NCBI GenBank assembly: GCA_015059425.1
Contig: SVAM01000001.1
Coordinates: forward strand, 28,027-92,026
Direction of reading: 5' to 3'
Origin: Bacillota bacterium
GTDB lineage: Bacteria > Bacillota_I > Bacilli_A > RF39 > UBA660
Length of the DNA stretch: 64,000 nucleotides
Below the pieces are notes generated by a model. The model saw only the letters and a program-made list of their open reading frames with translations. It was not told the DNA's origin and made no database searches. The translations under genes and the position numbers were made by a program. Shown here piece after piece: positions 17,276-26,918 of the stretch (the stretch's first letter is position 1; every line of letters starts with the position of its first letter).

Positions 17276-19105
17276 TTAGCTTCTAACCAATGTATATATA
17301 TCTTTTTTTAATAAAGTAGCACTTAACATATCTATTTCTTCTAAAGAATAATTACTACCATAAATTATAGAATAGAAAATTATTTCATTATTAATTAAAT
17401 CAAACTTACTTAAATTTCTTAGTAGTCTATTAATAGACACATACACTCCATTAATAAATAAAATATAATTATTTATTTTATAATCCAATAAAACTTCTGG
17501 TAGCACCATATCAAACATATTATTACTATTCAATGTATTAATTATATTACACGGAATAAATGTTTCACTACTAGTTATAAAATCTTCAGTTTGCCAACTA
17601 ACATCATTTAATTCAATATTTAAACTTAAAAATATTTTCTTTTTATAAATTTGTTCAATGCTTAAATTAAGTACATCTAAAGTATTTAATTCTGCATATA
17701 AACCCATTTCTATTAACATATCAATTTTTTGAATTAGATTATTATCATTCAAAAATGAAATACACTTAGTTTCTCTTGTAACATTTATATTATATTCATT
17801 TAATACTTTTAAATTAACTAATAAATTTTTATTTAGCAATATATTTAAAGAGTTAGAGTAATTAATAATATTTATGTTATATCTACTTAAAATATTAATA
17901 TTATTTAATAATGTATCTAAATCATCATTAATTGAAAATAACAACTGAAGATTAGCTTCTATAAATTCTTTATTTATACACCCTTTTATTAATAACCCTT
18001 CTATTACTTTAAGTTTATTAATATCTATAAAAATAATATTCATAATATCTAAGTTAATTTTATATTTATATAAAAACTGAAGAATAATTTTTATTTTATC
18101 ATACCCCAAATTTTTAATAATATTTTTATTACTATCATCAAGCTCTAAATAATCATAATTATATTTAGCAAATAAAATTGTTAAACTTTCATCACTAGTT
18201 CTCTTTAAATCATTATATTGTTCTATTAAACCTTCATAATAAACTTTATTATGATTTAATATATAATTAATAACCAAAACTTTAATTTCTTCATCAGGGC
18301 ATAATCTTAATACTTTTTCTATGTCTTTTATTTCTCCCTCAGCATTAAGTAATAATCTTAAGTCGTCAATTTTTTTATTGTGACGATTAATTTCTTTTAA
18401 CTCACGATCTAATTGTCCTAAAATTTCATTATATTTAGAATGTAATCTATTAAAATAATCAGTAAATAATATTGCTATCTCATCACCAGTATGTAACAAA
18501 GCTTCAAAATTCTTTCTTGCCCATCTTTTTTCTACAGCATCTTTAGTAAGTAATACTTCCTTACTTGATATGGAAAAATGATGAAAATCAATAGCTGCCT
18601 TAAAATCCTCAAATCCCAAATTTTTAAAAACAACTTCAAACTTTTCTCTAGTATTAGGATCTTTTAAAAATTCACATAAAAGCTTAGTTACTTCAGTATC
18701 TATCTCATTATCGGTACAAAAAGCTAACAAATTTCTAAGAACTTTACCAAAAAACTCATTTTTTGCAAATATAACTGTATCAATTAATTCTTTATAATCT
18801 TCACTGTGATAATAAATCCCCAAAGCTGAAATTAAATTATAATCTCCATTAACAAATATCTCTGAATATTCCTCAATGATCTCTATTATTATTTTAGTTT
18901 TATAAGGGTTATTAATCAGAATTACACTTGTCATTACTTCTTCAAATGTCATTTCACTCGCTTTAAAAAAATCTCTAGCAGGATATTTTTTAAAGAAATT
19001 TTTAAAATATTCTCTAAAAGCATTTATATTCTCTATTTTTTCATTATCAACATCAACCTTTAAAGAAGTTATTAAACTATTTAAGTGTTGGCGCATCATC
19101 TTCAC
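17276..19105 (-). CDS. Hypothetical protein (609 aa), Asn/Ile/Leu/Lys-rich, in a very low-GC block.
   Basis: Long ORF that overlaps the upstream gene by 29 nt. No nucleotide-binding motifs were seen. Confidence 0.45.
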   Translation of the reverse strand: MKMMRQHLNSLITSLKVDVDNEKIENINAFREYFKNFFKKYPARDFFKASEMTFEEVMTSVILINNPYKTKIIIEIIEEYSEIFVNGDYNLISALGIYYHSEDYKELIDTVIFAKNEFFGKVLRNLLAFCTDNEIDTEVTKLLCEFLKDPNTREKFEVVFKNLGFEDFKAAIDFHHFSISSKEVLLTKDAVEKRWARKNFEALLHTGDEIAILFTDYFNRLHSKYNEILGQLDRELKEINRHNKKIDDLRLLLNAEGEIKDIEKVLRLCPDEEIKVLVINYILNHNKVYYEGLIEQYNDLKRTSDESLTILFAKYNYDYLELDDSNKNIIKNLGYDKIKIILQFLYKYKINLDIMNIIFIDINKLKVIEGLLIKGCINKEFIEANLQLLFSINDDLDTLLNNINILSRYNINIINYSNSLNILLNKNLLVNLKVLNEYNINVTRETKCISFLNDNNLIQKIDMLIEMGLYAELNTLDVLNLSIEQIYKKKIFLSLNIELNDVSWQTEDFITSSETFIPCNIINTLNSNNMFDMVLPEVLLDYKINNYILFINGVYVSINRLLRNLSKFDLINNEIIFYSIIYGSNYSLEEIDMLSATLLKKDIYTLVRS

Positions 19106-20039
19106 CCCCTAAAGTATAATCTTTAGAATCTAGAATAGCTATTATTTCATCATAAATTGCATTATGTTGAGAAGTAAAATCTGGATTATTCATATTAGCC
19201 AAATAATAATTTTTAGCATTTAAATATTTAACAGATCTATTTACTTTAGTTTTACGATACAATTCGCTGGTATCTTCTTTCTTCATAAAAGTATCAATTA
19301 TTAATATCTTGCCATCACTTAATCTTGCAAAAGTAATACGCATTTTAGAATCTTTAACTTCAAAATAAGATATCTTATGTAAATATTTCAAACCTCTATA
19401 TTTACAATTTTTAATTCCTACTAATAATTTTTTTAAATCAGGATAATATTCTATAGGAATATTTTTTCTTATACTTTCTAATAAAATTATATTACCGCTA
19501 TCACTAGTTAGAAAGTACAACTCATTAGTTAATGCCGTTGATTCTTGGACTTCTTTTTCTAAAGTTAATTCCTCTAGTATACACATTTTATTTTTTATTA
19601 TTTCAATAATTTCTTTAATCTCTTCCAACTCTTCTTTAGAACTAGTTTTAGAAATCATTTTAGAATATAAAATAATTTCTCCATAAAGTTTTAATCTAAT
19701 TCCATTTATTAATTGCATATATCTAATATTATCAGACGATAAAATTTTATTTATTTTTTCTATAATTACGTCTTCATTCAAATTTGTAATATCAAGCATG
19801 CTTATAGCATGATAAACTTTATCTAATTCTGCATCAACACTAATAGAAGTATTTGAATTTATAGTCTCTTTAATAGAATTATGGAAACTGCTACCACTAT
19901 GTACTACACTACTTGGAGTTCGCATACTTGTAATCTTATTTTTTAATTTTGAAGCCCTTGAAATATTTTCTTTAATAACTTCTATTTTATGTTCTAAATT
20001 TTCTTCGGTAGGTACCAAAAAATAATCCTCATACAACAT
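19077..20039 (-). CDS. Hypothetical protein (320 aa) whose C-terminal ~90 aa resemble the RelE/HigB (Gp49-like) toxin fold.
   Basis: The C-terminus reads YRGLKYLHKISYFEVKDSKMRITFARLSDGKILIIDTFMKKED. The N-terminal 200 aa are unassigned. Confidence 0.4.
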   Translation of the reverse strand: MLYEDYFLVPTEENLEHKIEVIKENISRASKLKNKITSMRTPSSVVHSGSSFHNSIKETINSNTSISVDAELDKVYHAISMLDITNLNEDVIIEKINKILSSDNIRYMQLINGIRLKLYGEIILYSKMISKTSSKEELEEIKEIIEIIKNKMCILEELTLEKEVQESTALTNELYFLTSDSGNIILLESIRKNIPIEYYPDLKKLLVGIKNCKYRGLKYLHKISYFEVKDSKMRITFARLSDGKILIIDTFMKKEDTSELYRKTKVNRSVKYLNAKNYYLANMNNPDFTSQHNAIYDEIIAILDSKDYTLGGEDDAPTLK

Positions 20040-20084
20040 AAAAAATCCCCCCTTTAATTGGGGGATATTATAGCATTTTTATAA

Positions 20085-20495
20085 TTATCTGTCAAATTTA
20101 ACACTTATCACTTTTTCTAAAAATAAATGATGGGCATCCTTATAAGTTAAATTATCAGGTTCTGAATCAAATAAACCTATTTCTTCCATTTCAAAATCAG
20201 GTATTTTATCAAATTTAATTATTTTGGCATAGCAAAGTATTCCAAAAGTAGAAATCTTATATAAACAAATAGGTTCTATTACTACATCTATTGCACCTGT
20301 TTCTTCATATAATTCTCTTTTAGCGGCCTCTAGCCACGTTTCTCCTTCTTCAATATGGCCTCCTGGTATTTCCCAAGTTCCACGTTCTTTATGCCTTGAA
20401 TACACCCATTTCCCATTATATTCTGATACACAAATAACACGGGTTAATTCACTATCAAGAATATAACCTAAATCATATATTTTTACTGGTAACAT
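20085..20495 (-). CDS. Nudix-family hydrolase.
   Basis: Nudix box GGHIEEGETWLEAAKRELYEETG. Confidence 0.8.
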   Translation of the reverse strand: MLPVKIYDLGYILDSELTRVICVSEYNGKWVYSRHKERGTWEIPGGHIEEGETWLEAAKRELYEETGAIDVVIEPICLYKISTFGILCYAKIIKFDKIPDFEMEEIGLFDSEPDNLTYKDAHHLFLEKVISVKFDR

Positions 20496-20514
20496 ATTAA
20501 TCTCCCTTTCAAAA

Positions 20515-21501
20515 TCAATTAAATATATCTCTTATATAATTTTTTATATTAACAAATATATTATTTTGTTTTTTATCAATAGCTATTTCATCCTTTAGTG
20601 ATAAAACACTATTTCCTTTATATATCCATACAGGAAAATTATCAGTAACCTTTAATAATTCATTATATAGTTCTTTAATATTATCAGCTATTTTTAATAA
20701 TACTGTTTCATTATTTATATCAAACCCACTATATGTAATAATATCTTTTAATAACAATTCAATTGATTTGCTATCTAAATGTAATTCTAAAAAACTTAAA
20801 AATTCAAATATCTCTAAATTAAATAAATTAATGTTATACTTACCTATACTTATAACTTCTTCTAAAGAATAAATCTTATATTCCAAATCATCTTTTTTTA
20901 ACTTTAATACATCTTTATAATAATAATTTTCTAAAGAAACAATATATTCTTTTTTCTTATATTTAACAATTGTTAATTTATCTTTAAATCTAGTATTATC
21001 CAAAATATCTTTTTTTGTGTCATATATATTTATATTATATTTTTTTAATATTAAATTAAAATCTTCAATAGATAATACATTATAAATTCTTAATACACCT
21101 ATTACTAGGCTATTAAAAATATCTATAAAATTAAATTCTTTCTCATTATATATATTTAAAGCCATTTTAACATAATTTAATATATCTTTAGGTATTATAT
21201 ATTTATCATCATGTTTAATTATCAAATAATTACTTTGTAAATTTTTATTAATTATATACCCAATATAACTATTATCATTAGTTTTATATCCATCATTTAA
21301 TATTTTTTTTAAGACGTTTATTTCTTCAGTAGTACATAAATCAAGTATTATTTCCTGTTTCTTTTTATAAAGAGAAATGATATCATTATAAATATCATTT
21401 CTTGTTATACTATCATATTTTTTAGGGTTTAAAATTAATTTACAATAGAAATTATATAAATTTTCTTTCTTTTCTTTTTTTATATAGTCTTTTAATGTCA
21501 T
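20515..21501 (-). CDS. Hypothetical protein (328 aa).
   Basis: Its start overlaps the ezrA stop in an ATGA arrangement. The composition is extremely AT-rich. Confidence 0.45.
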   Translation of the reverse strand: MTLKDYIKKEKKENLYNFYCKLILNPKKYDSITRNDIYNDIISLYKKKQEIILDLCTTEEINVLKKILNDGYKTNDNSYIGYIINKNLQSNYLIIKHDDKYIIPKDILNYVKMALNIYNEKEFNFIDIFNSLVIGVLRIYNVLSIEDFNLILKKYNINIYDTKKDILDNTRFKDKLTIVKYKKKEYIVSLENYYYKDVLKLKKDDLEYKIYSLEEVISIGKYNINLFNLEIFEFLSFLELHLDSKSIELLLKDIITYSGFDINNETVLLKIADNIKELYNELLKVTDNFPVWIYKGNSVLSLKDEIAIDKKQNNIFVNIKNYIRDIFN

Positions 21502-23231
21502 TTGTATTCCTCAATTAATCTTTTATGTATTCCAGGTTCTACAACATTTATAGCACTTATAGCTTGTTCTAAACTTAATTTAAAATTACCTTTAAAGAAA
21601 GCATTTTCAGCTTTAATTAAACCTAATTCTACATCTTTATTTACAGCACGATATCTATTTCCATATACTATTGCTGTTTCTGCCATTTTTGCAGTTTTAA
21701 TGGATTCTTTAGTTGTATTATAAACTTTTAACGTTAAATCTCTAGCAGTATCTACTCTTGTATTTAATGTTTTTATTGATATAGGCCTTTTATCTAGCTC
21801 TTTGATCATATCACCAATAGCTTCGCTAGCCTCACCTAATTCAACATAGAAATTTTTAGGTGTTACTGGAAGTTTAAAGCTTTTAATATTACTTTTGGAT
21901 TGTTTTAAAATATTTTTAATTTCATCTAATTGTTCTCTAGCTCTTTTTTCATCTTCTTTTAAGCTAGCTAAACTTCTTAATGTTTGTTCTAATTTTTCTT
22001 CAGTTTTAGATAATTTAGCATTAATAAGCTCCATTTCTTTACCAAGCCTTGAGAAAGCAAATGTGTGATTTCTATGCATATCCACTACTCTATTATAATC
22101 ATCTTTAATTTCTTTTAACTCTTCATCAATATCTTCTAAAACTTTTAAATCATCATCTACTAAATCATAACTGTATTTTAAATCATCAATTCTTTTATTT
22201 AAATCAGCACTGATTTTTTCTAATTTAGTAGCTTTTATTAAAATACTTCTTTGATAATCTTCAAATATTCTTTTAGATATTTTTTCTTTATCAAAATTAT
22301 GATACAAAGAATCAAAGTAATCTAAAATTGTTTTAAGTTCAAAAACACTATCTTCTAAATTTAAAACATTTAATCTTGCAAAAATATCACTTATTTTTTT
22401 ATCTGATTCAGTAATATTATAAGGTATATTTAAATAATCTAGATTATAACCTTCCTTTTCCATTTTAGTAGTAATCTTATTAATATCATCTATTTTAGCA
22501 GGTATTAGTTTTTTACCCATTATAATTATTGAAGGCGCCTCTTCTATAACTATTTTTAAATTACCAATGGTATCATCAATAGCTTTTACAATTTTCCCAA
22601 CTTCAGTATATTCATTCTTATCCATAGCATTTTCAAATATACTGAATAATTTATCAGCATTTTCAAATTGTAATTCTAAAGGTTTTTCTACTTCACTATA
22701 ATCACTTTTATTAGAATTATATTTAGATAGAATACCCCTATAATCAGCTTTTAATTTAGTTATTGTTTCCCTGTTTTTTTCTTCACTTAAGGTTATTTCT
22801 TTTATCTCATCAAGTAAAAAGTTAGATTTAGTTTTAACATATGCAATTTGAAGTTCTAATGCCGCAATTTTACTTTTTAAAGACTTATAATCTTTATCTT
22901 CAAATATTTCTTCTATATCAATTAATGCATCAGTTATTTTTGGTACTTCAACATCCTTTATTTCTTTTAATCTTAAACACCAATTATCATATTTTTTTTG
23001 CATTATATCATTATTAATTAATGCTCCAACTTTATTTAGTTCTGATAAAATAGATGCATTTACTATTAAATTTTTATCTCTTTCTAAAGTAGTAATTTCT
23101 TCCTTATATTTTTTCTTTTCTCTTTTATTTATAAAATTTAATACTAGTACTAAAGTTACAACAGTAATTATATAATAAAGAATACCTATTAATATAAAAG
23201 TAGTTCTTGTCATAAGACTCACTCCTATCAT
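21498..23231 (-). CDS. ezrA: Septation ring formation regulator EzrA.
   Basis: An N-terminal TM helix is followed by ~540 aa of coiled coil. The 577-aa size and architecture are typical of EzrA. Confidence 0.7.
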   Translation of the reverse strand: MIGVSLMTRTTFILIGILYYIITVVTLVLVLNFINKREKKKYKEEITTLERDKNLIVNASILSELNKVGALINNDIMQKKYDNWCLRLKEIKDVEVPKITDALIDIEEIFEDKDYKSLKSKIAALELQIAYVKTKSNFLLDEIKEITLSEEKNRETITKLKADYRGILSKYNSNKSDYSEVEKPLELQFENADKLFSIFENAMDKNEYTEVGKIVKAIDDTIGNLKIVIEEAPSIIIMGKKLIPAKIDDINKITTKMEKEGYNLDYLNIPYNITESDKKISDIFARLNVLNLEDSVFELKTILDYFDSLYHNFDKEKISKRIFEDYQRSILIKATKLEKISADLNKRIDDLKYSYDLVDDDLKVLEDIDEELKEIKDDYNRVVDMHRNHTFAFSRLGKEMELINAKLSKTEEKLEQTLRSLASLKEDEKRAREQLDEIKNILKQSKSNIKSFKLPVTPKNFYVELGEASEAIGDMIKELDKRPISIKTLNTRVDTARDLTLKVYNTTKESIKTAKMAETAIVYGNRYRAVNKDVELGLIKAENAFFKGNFKLSLEQAISAINVVEPGIHKRLIEEYK

Positions 23232-23324
23232 TATTTATTTTAACATATTAAAGGTATATTTGTCGAGATTAGTTACTAGAAATTTTTAACATTTTACAAA
23301 GAAAAAACTACTTTTTTAAAGTAG

Positions 23325-24296
23325 CTATTTTTCACTTTCTTCAAGCATTGTTGTTATAAACAAACCATAACCAGTTTTTACATTATCAGTTATTACATGA
23401 GTTACTGCACCTATTAATTTACCATTTTGTACTATAGGAGAACCGCTCATTCCTTGTACGATTCCTCCGGTTGCTTCTAGTAATTTTTTATCCGTGATTT
23501 CAAATGTAATATTTTTTATATCACTATTTTCATTTATTTTAGTTATATAAATTTCAAATTCTTCAACTTTTTCATCTTCAATAACAGTATATATTTTAGC
23601 TTTACCAATACCCACATCATCTTTATTACCTATTTCTATTAATTTGCTTTCATCATATAAATTTTCATATATTCCATATATACCATATTTAGTATTTTTT
23701 AATACATCTCCATAAATATCACGGTAATAAAATTTAGCATTTTTACTCCCTGGATTACCATCAGTACTAATATCTATATTACTAATACTATTTCTAAATA
23801 TTGTGCCTTTATTCACTTCAATCATTTTTGATGTATTACTTTCTAATATTTCATGCCCTAAAGCTCCATATGTATTAGTTTCTGGGTCTATAAAGGTTAA
23901 TGTTCCTATTCCAGTTATGCTATCTTTAACATATAATCCTGTTTTATAAATACCATCAATATTACTTAATTCTAAGGTTGTTTGTTTTTCTTTATTACCT
24001 CTTAAATAAGTAATATTTACTTTATTATTTATAATGTTTTTTTCTATAGCGCTAGTTAAATCGTTTATATCGTTAATAGCATTATCACCCACTTTTATAA
24101 TTAAATCACCTTCAATTAAATCTGTAGTAGGATATTTGCCATTAACTTTATAAAAACCTATAATCATAACACCGGTACTTTTTATATCTATCCCTATTGT
24201 ATTACCACCTAGTATTACTTCATTTGAATATGCTAGTACGTTTAATGGAAATGCTAATAAACATAGAAAAATTAATACTTTTTTCATATAAATCAC
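23325..24296 (-). CDS. SpoIVB-like S55 serine peptidase with a PDZ domain.
   Basis: A signal peptide is followed by the PDZ segment LGGNTIGIDIKSTGVMIIG. The His region is GALGHEI and the catalytic Ser motif is GGIVQGMSGSPIV. Confidence 0.7.
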   Translation of the reverse strand: MIYMKKVLIFLCLLAFPLNVLAYSNEVILGGNTIGIDIKSTGVMIIGFYKVNGKYPTTDLIEGDLIIKVGDNAINDINDLTSAIEKNIINNKVNITYLRGNKEKQTTLELSNIDGIYKTGLYVKDSITGIGTLTFIDPETNTYGALGHEILESNTSKMIEVNKGTIFRNSISNIDISTDGNPGSKNAKFYYRDIYGDVLKNTKYGIYGIYENLYDESKLIEIGNKDDVGIGKAKIYTVIEDEKVEEFEIYITKINENSDIKNITFEITDKKLLEATGGIVQGMSGSPIVQNGKLIGAVTHVITDNVKTGYGLFITTMLEESEK

Positions 24297-24385
24297 CCAT
24301 TAATAGTGTGGTTTAAATATCAAATTTTAACTTAGCAATATTTGGTTAATATATAAAATCTTGAAAAAAACTACAAGTTATCAAC

Positions 24386-26062
24386 TTATAGTTTTATAAT
24401 TTCCTTCAATTTTTCGTTTAATTTATTTAATGATATTATTTCTGTATGATCATTATATTTAATTTCAACCTCATGATTTACCGCATTTTTACCTACTATT
24501 ATCTTAATTGGTATACCAATTAATTCCATATCATTAAATTTAACCCCAGCACGTTCGTTTCTATCATCAATTAAGACCTCATAATTTGCTAATTCTTCAT
24601 ATAATTTGTTAGCAATTTCCATTTGCAATTCATCTTTTGTATTAATTGGAATTATAGCAATTTTATATGGTGCAATATTGATAGGCCAATTAAGATTATT
24701 TTCTGTTGCTTTTTGTTCTGCTATTGCGGCCATAATACGAGCTAAACCTATTCCATAACAACCCATTACTACTGGTTGTAATTTATTTTCTTCGTCTAAA
24801 TATTTAAGGCCTAAAGCCTCGCTATATTTAGTACCTAATTTAAATGTATTTCCAACTTCTATACCTTTTGTAAATAATATTTTATTGCCACATTTTGGGC
24901 ATAAATCTCCTTCTTGAAGTGTTTTAACATCTGCGATTAATTTATATTCGAAATCTTTAATATTTACATTTTCTAAATGTTTATCAATTTCGTTTGCTCC
25001 TACTACAAAATTATACATATCTGCTACTTCTTCATCTAAAATTACAGGTACTTTAATATTTACAGGTCCTACATATCCTACTACAGAACCAGCATTTTTT
25101 ATTTCTTCTTCAGTAGCTAATCTAATTTCAGTTGCATTTAATATTTTACCTAATTTAGTCTCATTAACTTCATATTTTCCAGGTAGTACAACTGCATAAA
25201 GTTCCTTATCAACATTATACATAAGCGTTTTTACAATTTTATCAACTGGTTTATTTAAGAAACTGGCTACTTCTTCTATAGTTTTAACATTAGGAGTATT
25301 TTTTAAAATTATATCTTTAAAATCTTCTTTTTCATGCCTATTTTTTAAGAATGTACCCACTTCTAAATTGGTACTGTAATCGCAAGATTCACAATAACAA
25401 AGTATATCTTCTCCTATATCACAAATAGCTTGAAATTCTTCAGATAAACTTCCTCCCATAGTTCCGCAGTCTGCTGCTACTATACGATAATTTAATCCTA
25501 CTCTATCAAAGATCCTTTTATATGCATTATACATTTTTTCATAACTTATACCTAAACCTTTTTCATCTCTATCAAAAGAATATGCATCTTTCATAATAAA
25601 TTCACGTACACGTATTAAGCCAAATCTAGGGCGCATCTCATCACGATATTTATTGGCAATTTGATATAAATTAAAAGGCATGTCTTTATATGATTTTATT
25701 TTTAGTTTAGCCGCTACTGTAAATAATTCTTCATGAGTTGGCCCTAATACATATGGTCTTTTATATCTGTCATTTAAATTAAACATATTTGAACCAAACT
25801 TGTCAGCTCTACCACTTTCTACATAATAATCAATAGGCAATAAAGACGGCATTAATAATTCTTCCGCACCACTATTATTCATTTCTTCTCGTACTATTTT
25901 TTCAATATTTTTTAAAACTTTTAAACCTAATGGTAAAAAAGAATAAATACCACTACCTATTTTAGTTATCATTCCTGCTCTAACTAATAAGTTGCCACTT
26001 TTGCTTTCTTCATCTTTTACATTTTCTCTTAATGTGAAGAAATATGAATTGCTAAGTCTCAT
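24386..26062 (-). CDS. proS: Prolyl-tRNA synthetase.
   Basis: Class II aaRS motifs are present. MRLSNSYFFTLRE...GLIRVREF...QIANKYRDE is typical bacterial ProS with an editing domain. Confidence 0.9.
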   Translation of the reverse strand: MRLSNSYFFTLRENVKDEESKSGNLLVRAGMITKIGSGIYSFLPLGLKVLKNIEKIVREEMNNSGAEELLMPSLLPIDYYVESGRADKFGSNMFNLNDRYKRPYVLGPTHEELFTVAAKLKIKSYKDMPFNLYQIANKYRDEMRPRFGLIRVREFIMKDAYSFDRDEKGLGISYEKMYNAYKRIFDRVGLNYRIVAADCGTMGGSLSEEFQAICDIGEDILCYCESCDYSTNLEVGTFLKNRHEKEDFKDIILKNTPNVKTIEEVASFLNKPVDKIVKTLMYNVDKELYAVVLPGKYEVNETKLGKILNATEIRLATEEEIKNAGSVVGYVGPVNIKVPVILDEEVADMYNFVVGANEIDKHLENVNIKDFEYKLIADVKTLQEGDLCPKCGNKILFTKGIEVGNTFKLGTKYSEALGLKYLDEENKLQPVVMGCYGIGLARIMAAIAEQKATENNLNWPINIAPYKIAIIPINTKDELQMEIANKLYEELANYEVLIDDRNERAGVKFNDMELIGIPIKIIVGKNAVNHEVEIKYNDHTEIISLNKLNEKLKEIIKL

Positions 26063-26073
26063 ATAATTACCTC

Positions 26074-26289
26074 CTATTCATTCATTTCAAAATCTATTAA
26101 TTCTTTATTTTCAGTTAATATTTTATTTACTTTTTCTGTTGCGCTATTTAACTTCTCACTACAATATTTAGCGAGTTTCATAGCTTCTGTGTATTTCTCT
26201 ATTGCATTATCAAGTTCTACATTACCACTCTCAAGTTCCTTTACAATTATTTCCAATTCTTTTAACGCATCTTCAAATGATTTTTCCAT
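26074..26289 (-). CDS. xseB: Exodeoxyribonuclease VII small subunit.
   Basis: MEKSFEDALKELEIIVKELESGNVELDNAIEKYTEAMKL. Confidence 0.8.
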   Translation of the reverse strand: MEKSFEDALKELEIIVKELESGNVELDNAIEKYTEAMKLAKYCSEKLNSATEKVNKILTENKELIDFEMNE

Positions 26290-26291
26290 TG

Positions 26292-26483
26292 TTAAAATCC
26301 TTCCTTCTTTTCTCTTATTCTTAACACTATTTCTTGATTATCTACAAATTTTTCATTTATTTGTTCTTCAAAATTTGCAATAATGCTTTCTCTTTTTTCA
26401 TTTATTGTAGATATTATACCACTTAATTCATTATGTTGCACTTTTAAATTCTCTATTTCTATTATTAATAAGTCTTGTTCCAT
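26292..26483 (-). CDS. Hypothetical 63-aa coiled-coil protein inserted between xseA and xseB.
   Basis: ORF tightly packed in the operon, with a 2-nt gap to xseB. Confidence 0.35.
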   Translation of the reverse strand: MEQDLLIIEIENLKVQHNELSGIISTINEKRESIIANFEEQINEKFVDNQEIVLRIREKKEGF

Positions 26484-26501
26484 TTCAATATTTTTTTATC
26501 T

Positions 26502-26918
26502 TCAAATATTTTTTCCAGCCTTTGTTTTAAACCCATAAAGTTCTGTATAACCTATAACAGTTCCTAATATTAAAGCTATTTCTGCAACTAGAAAGATTGG
26601 AAAATTAAAGACCATTTCAGGTAATAAAAATATTAAAATTCCAACCATTAATATTGCAAAATTAAATTGAAGATATTTTATAAAGCACTTCTTTAATATA
26701 CTAAACTTAATTTCTTTTAAAATCTTCTTATAATTTTTTAAAAACTGTAATTTTGAATGTAGTACATATATATTATTCGCACATGACTCTATATCAGTAT
26801 TTACTTGATATATTCTTTGTCTAACTTGCTTTTTTTCAATTTCTGTTTTATTTTTCTTTTCTTTGGTTTTATTTAAAAGATTGCTTAATTCATTTATATA
26901 TTCAGTATATTTATCCAT
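26502..26918 (-). CDS. Hypothetical 138-aa protein with a C-terminal TM segment. It is translationally coupled to xseA.
   Basis: Overlaps the xseA 3' end by 8 nt. The hydrophobic C-terminus reads FAILMVGILIFLL...LVAEIALILGTVIG. Confidence 0.4.
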   Translation of the reverse strand: MDKYTEYINELSNLLNKTKEKKNKTEIEKKQVRQRIYQVNTDIESCANNIYVLHSKLQFLKNYKKILKEIKFSILKKCFIKYLQFNFAILMVGILIFLLPEMVFNFPIFLVAEIALILGTVIGYTELYGFKTKAGKNI

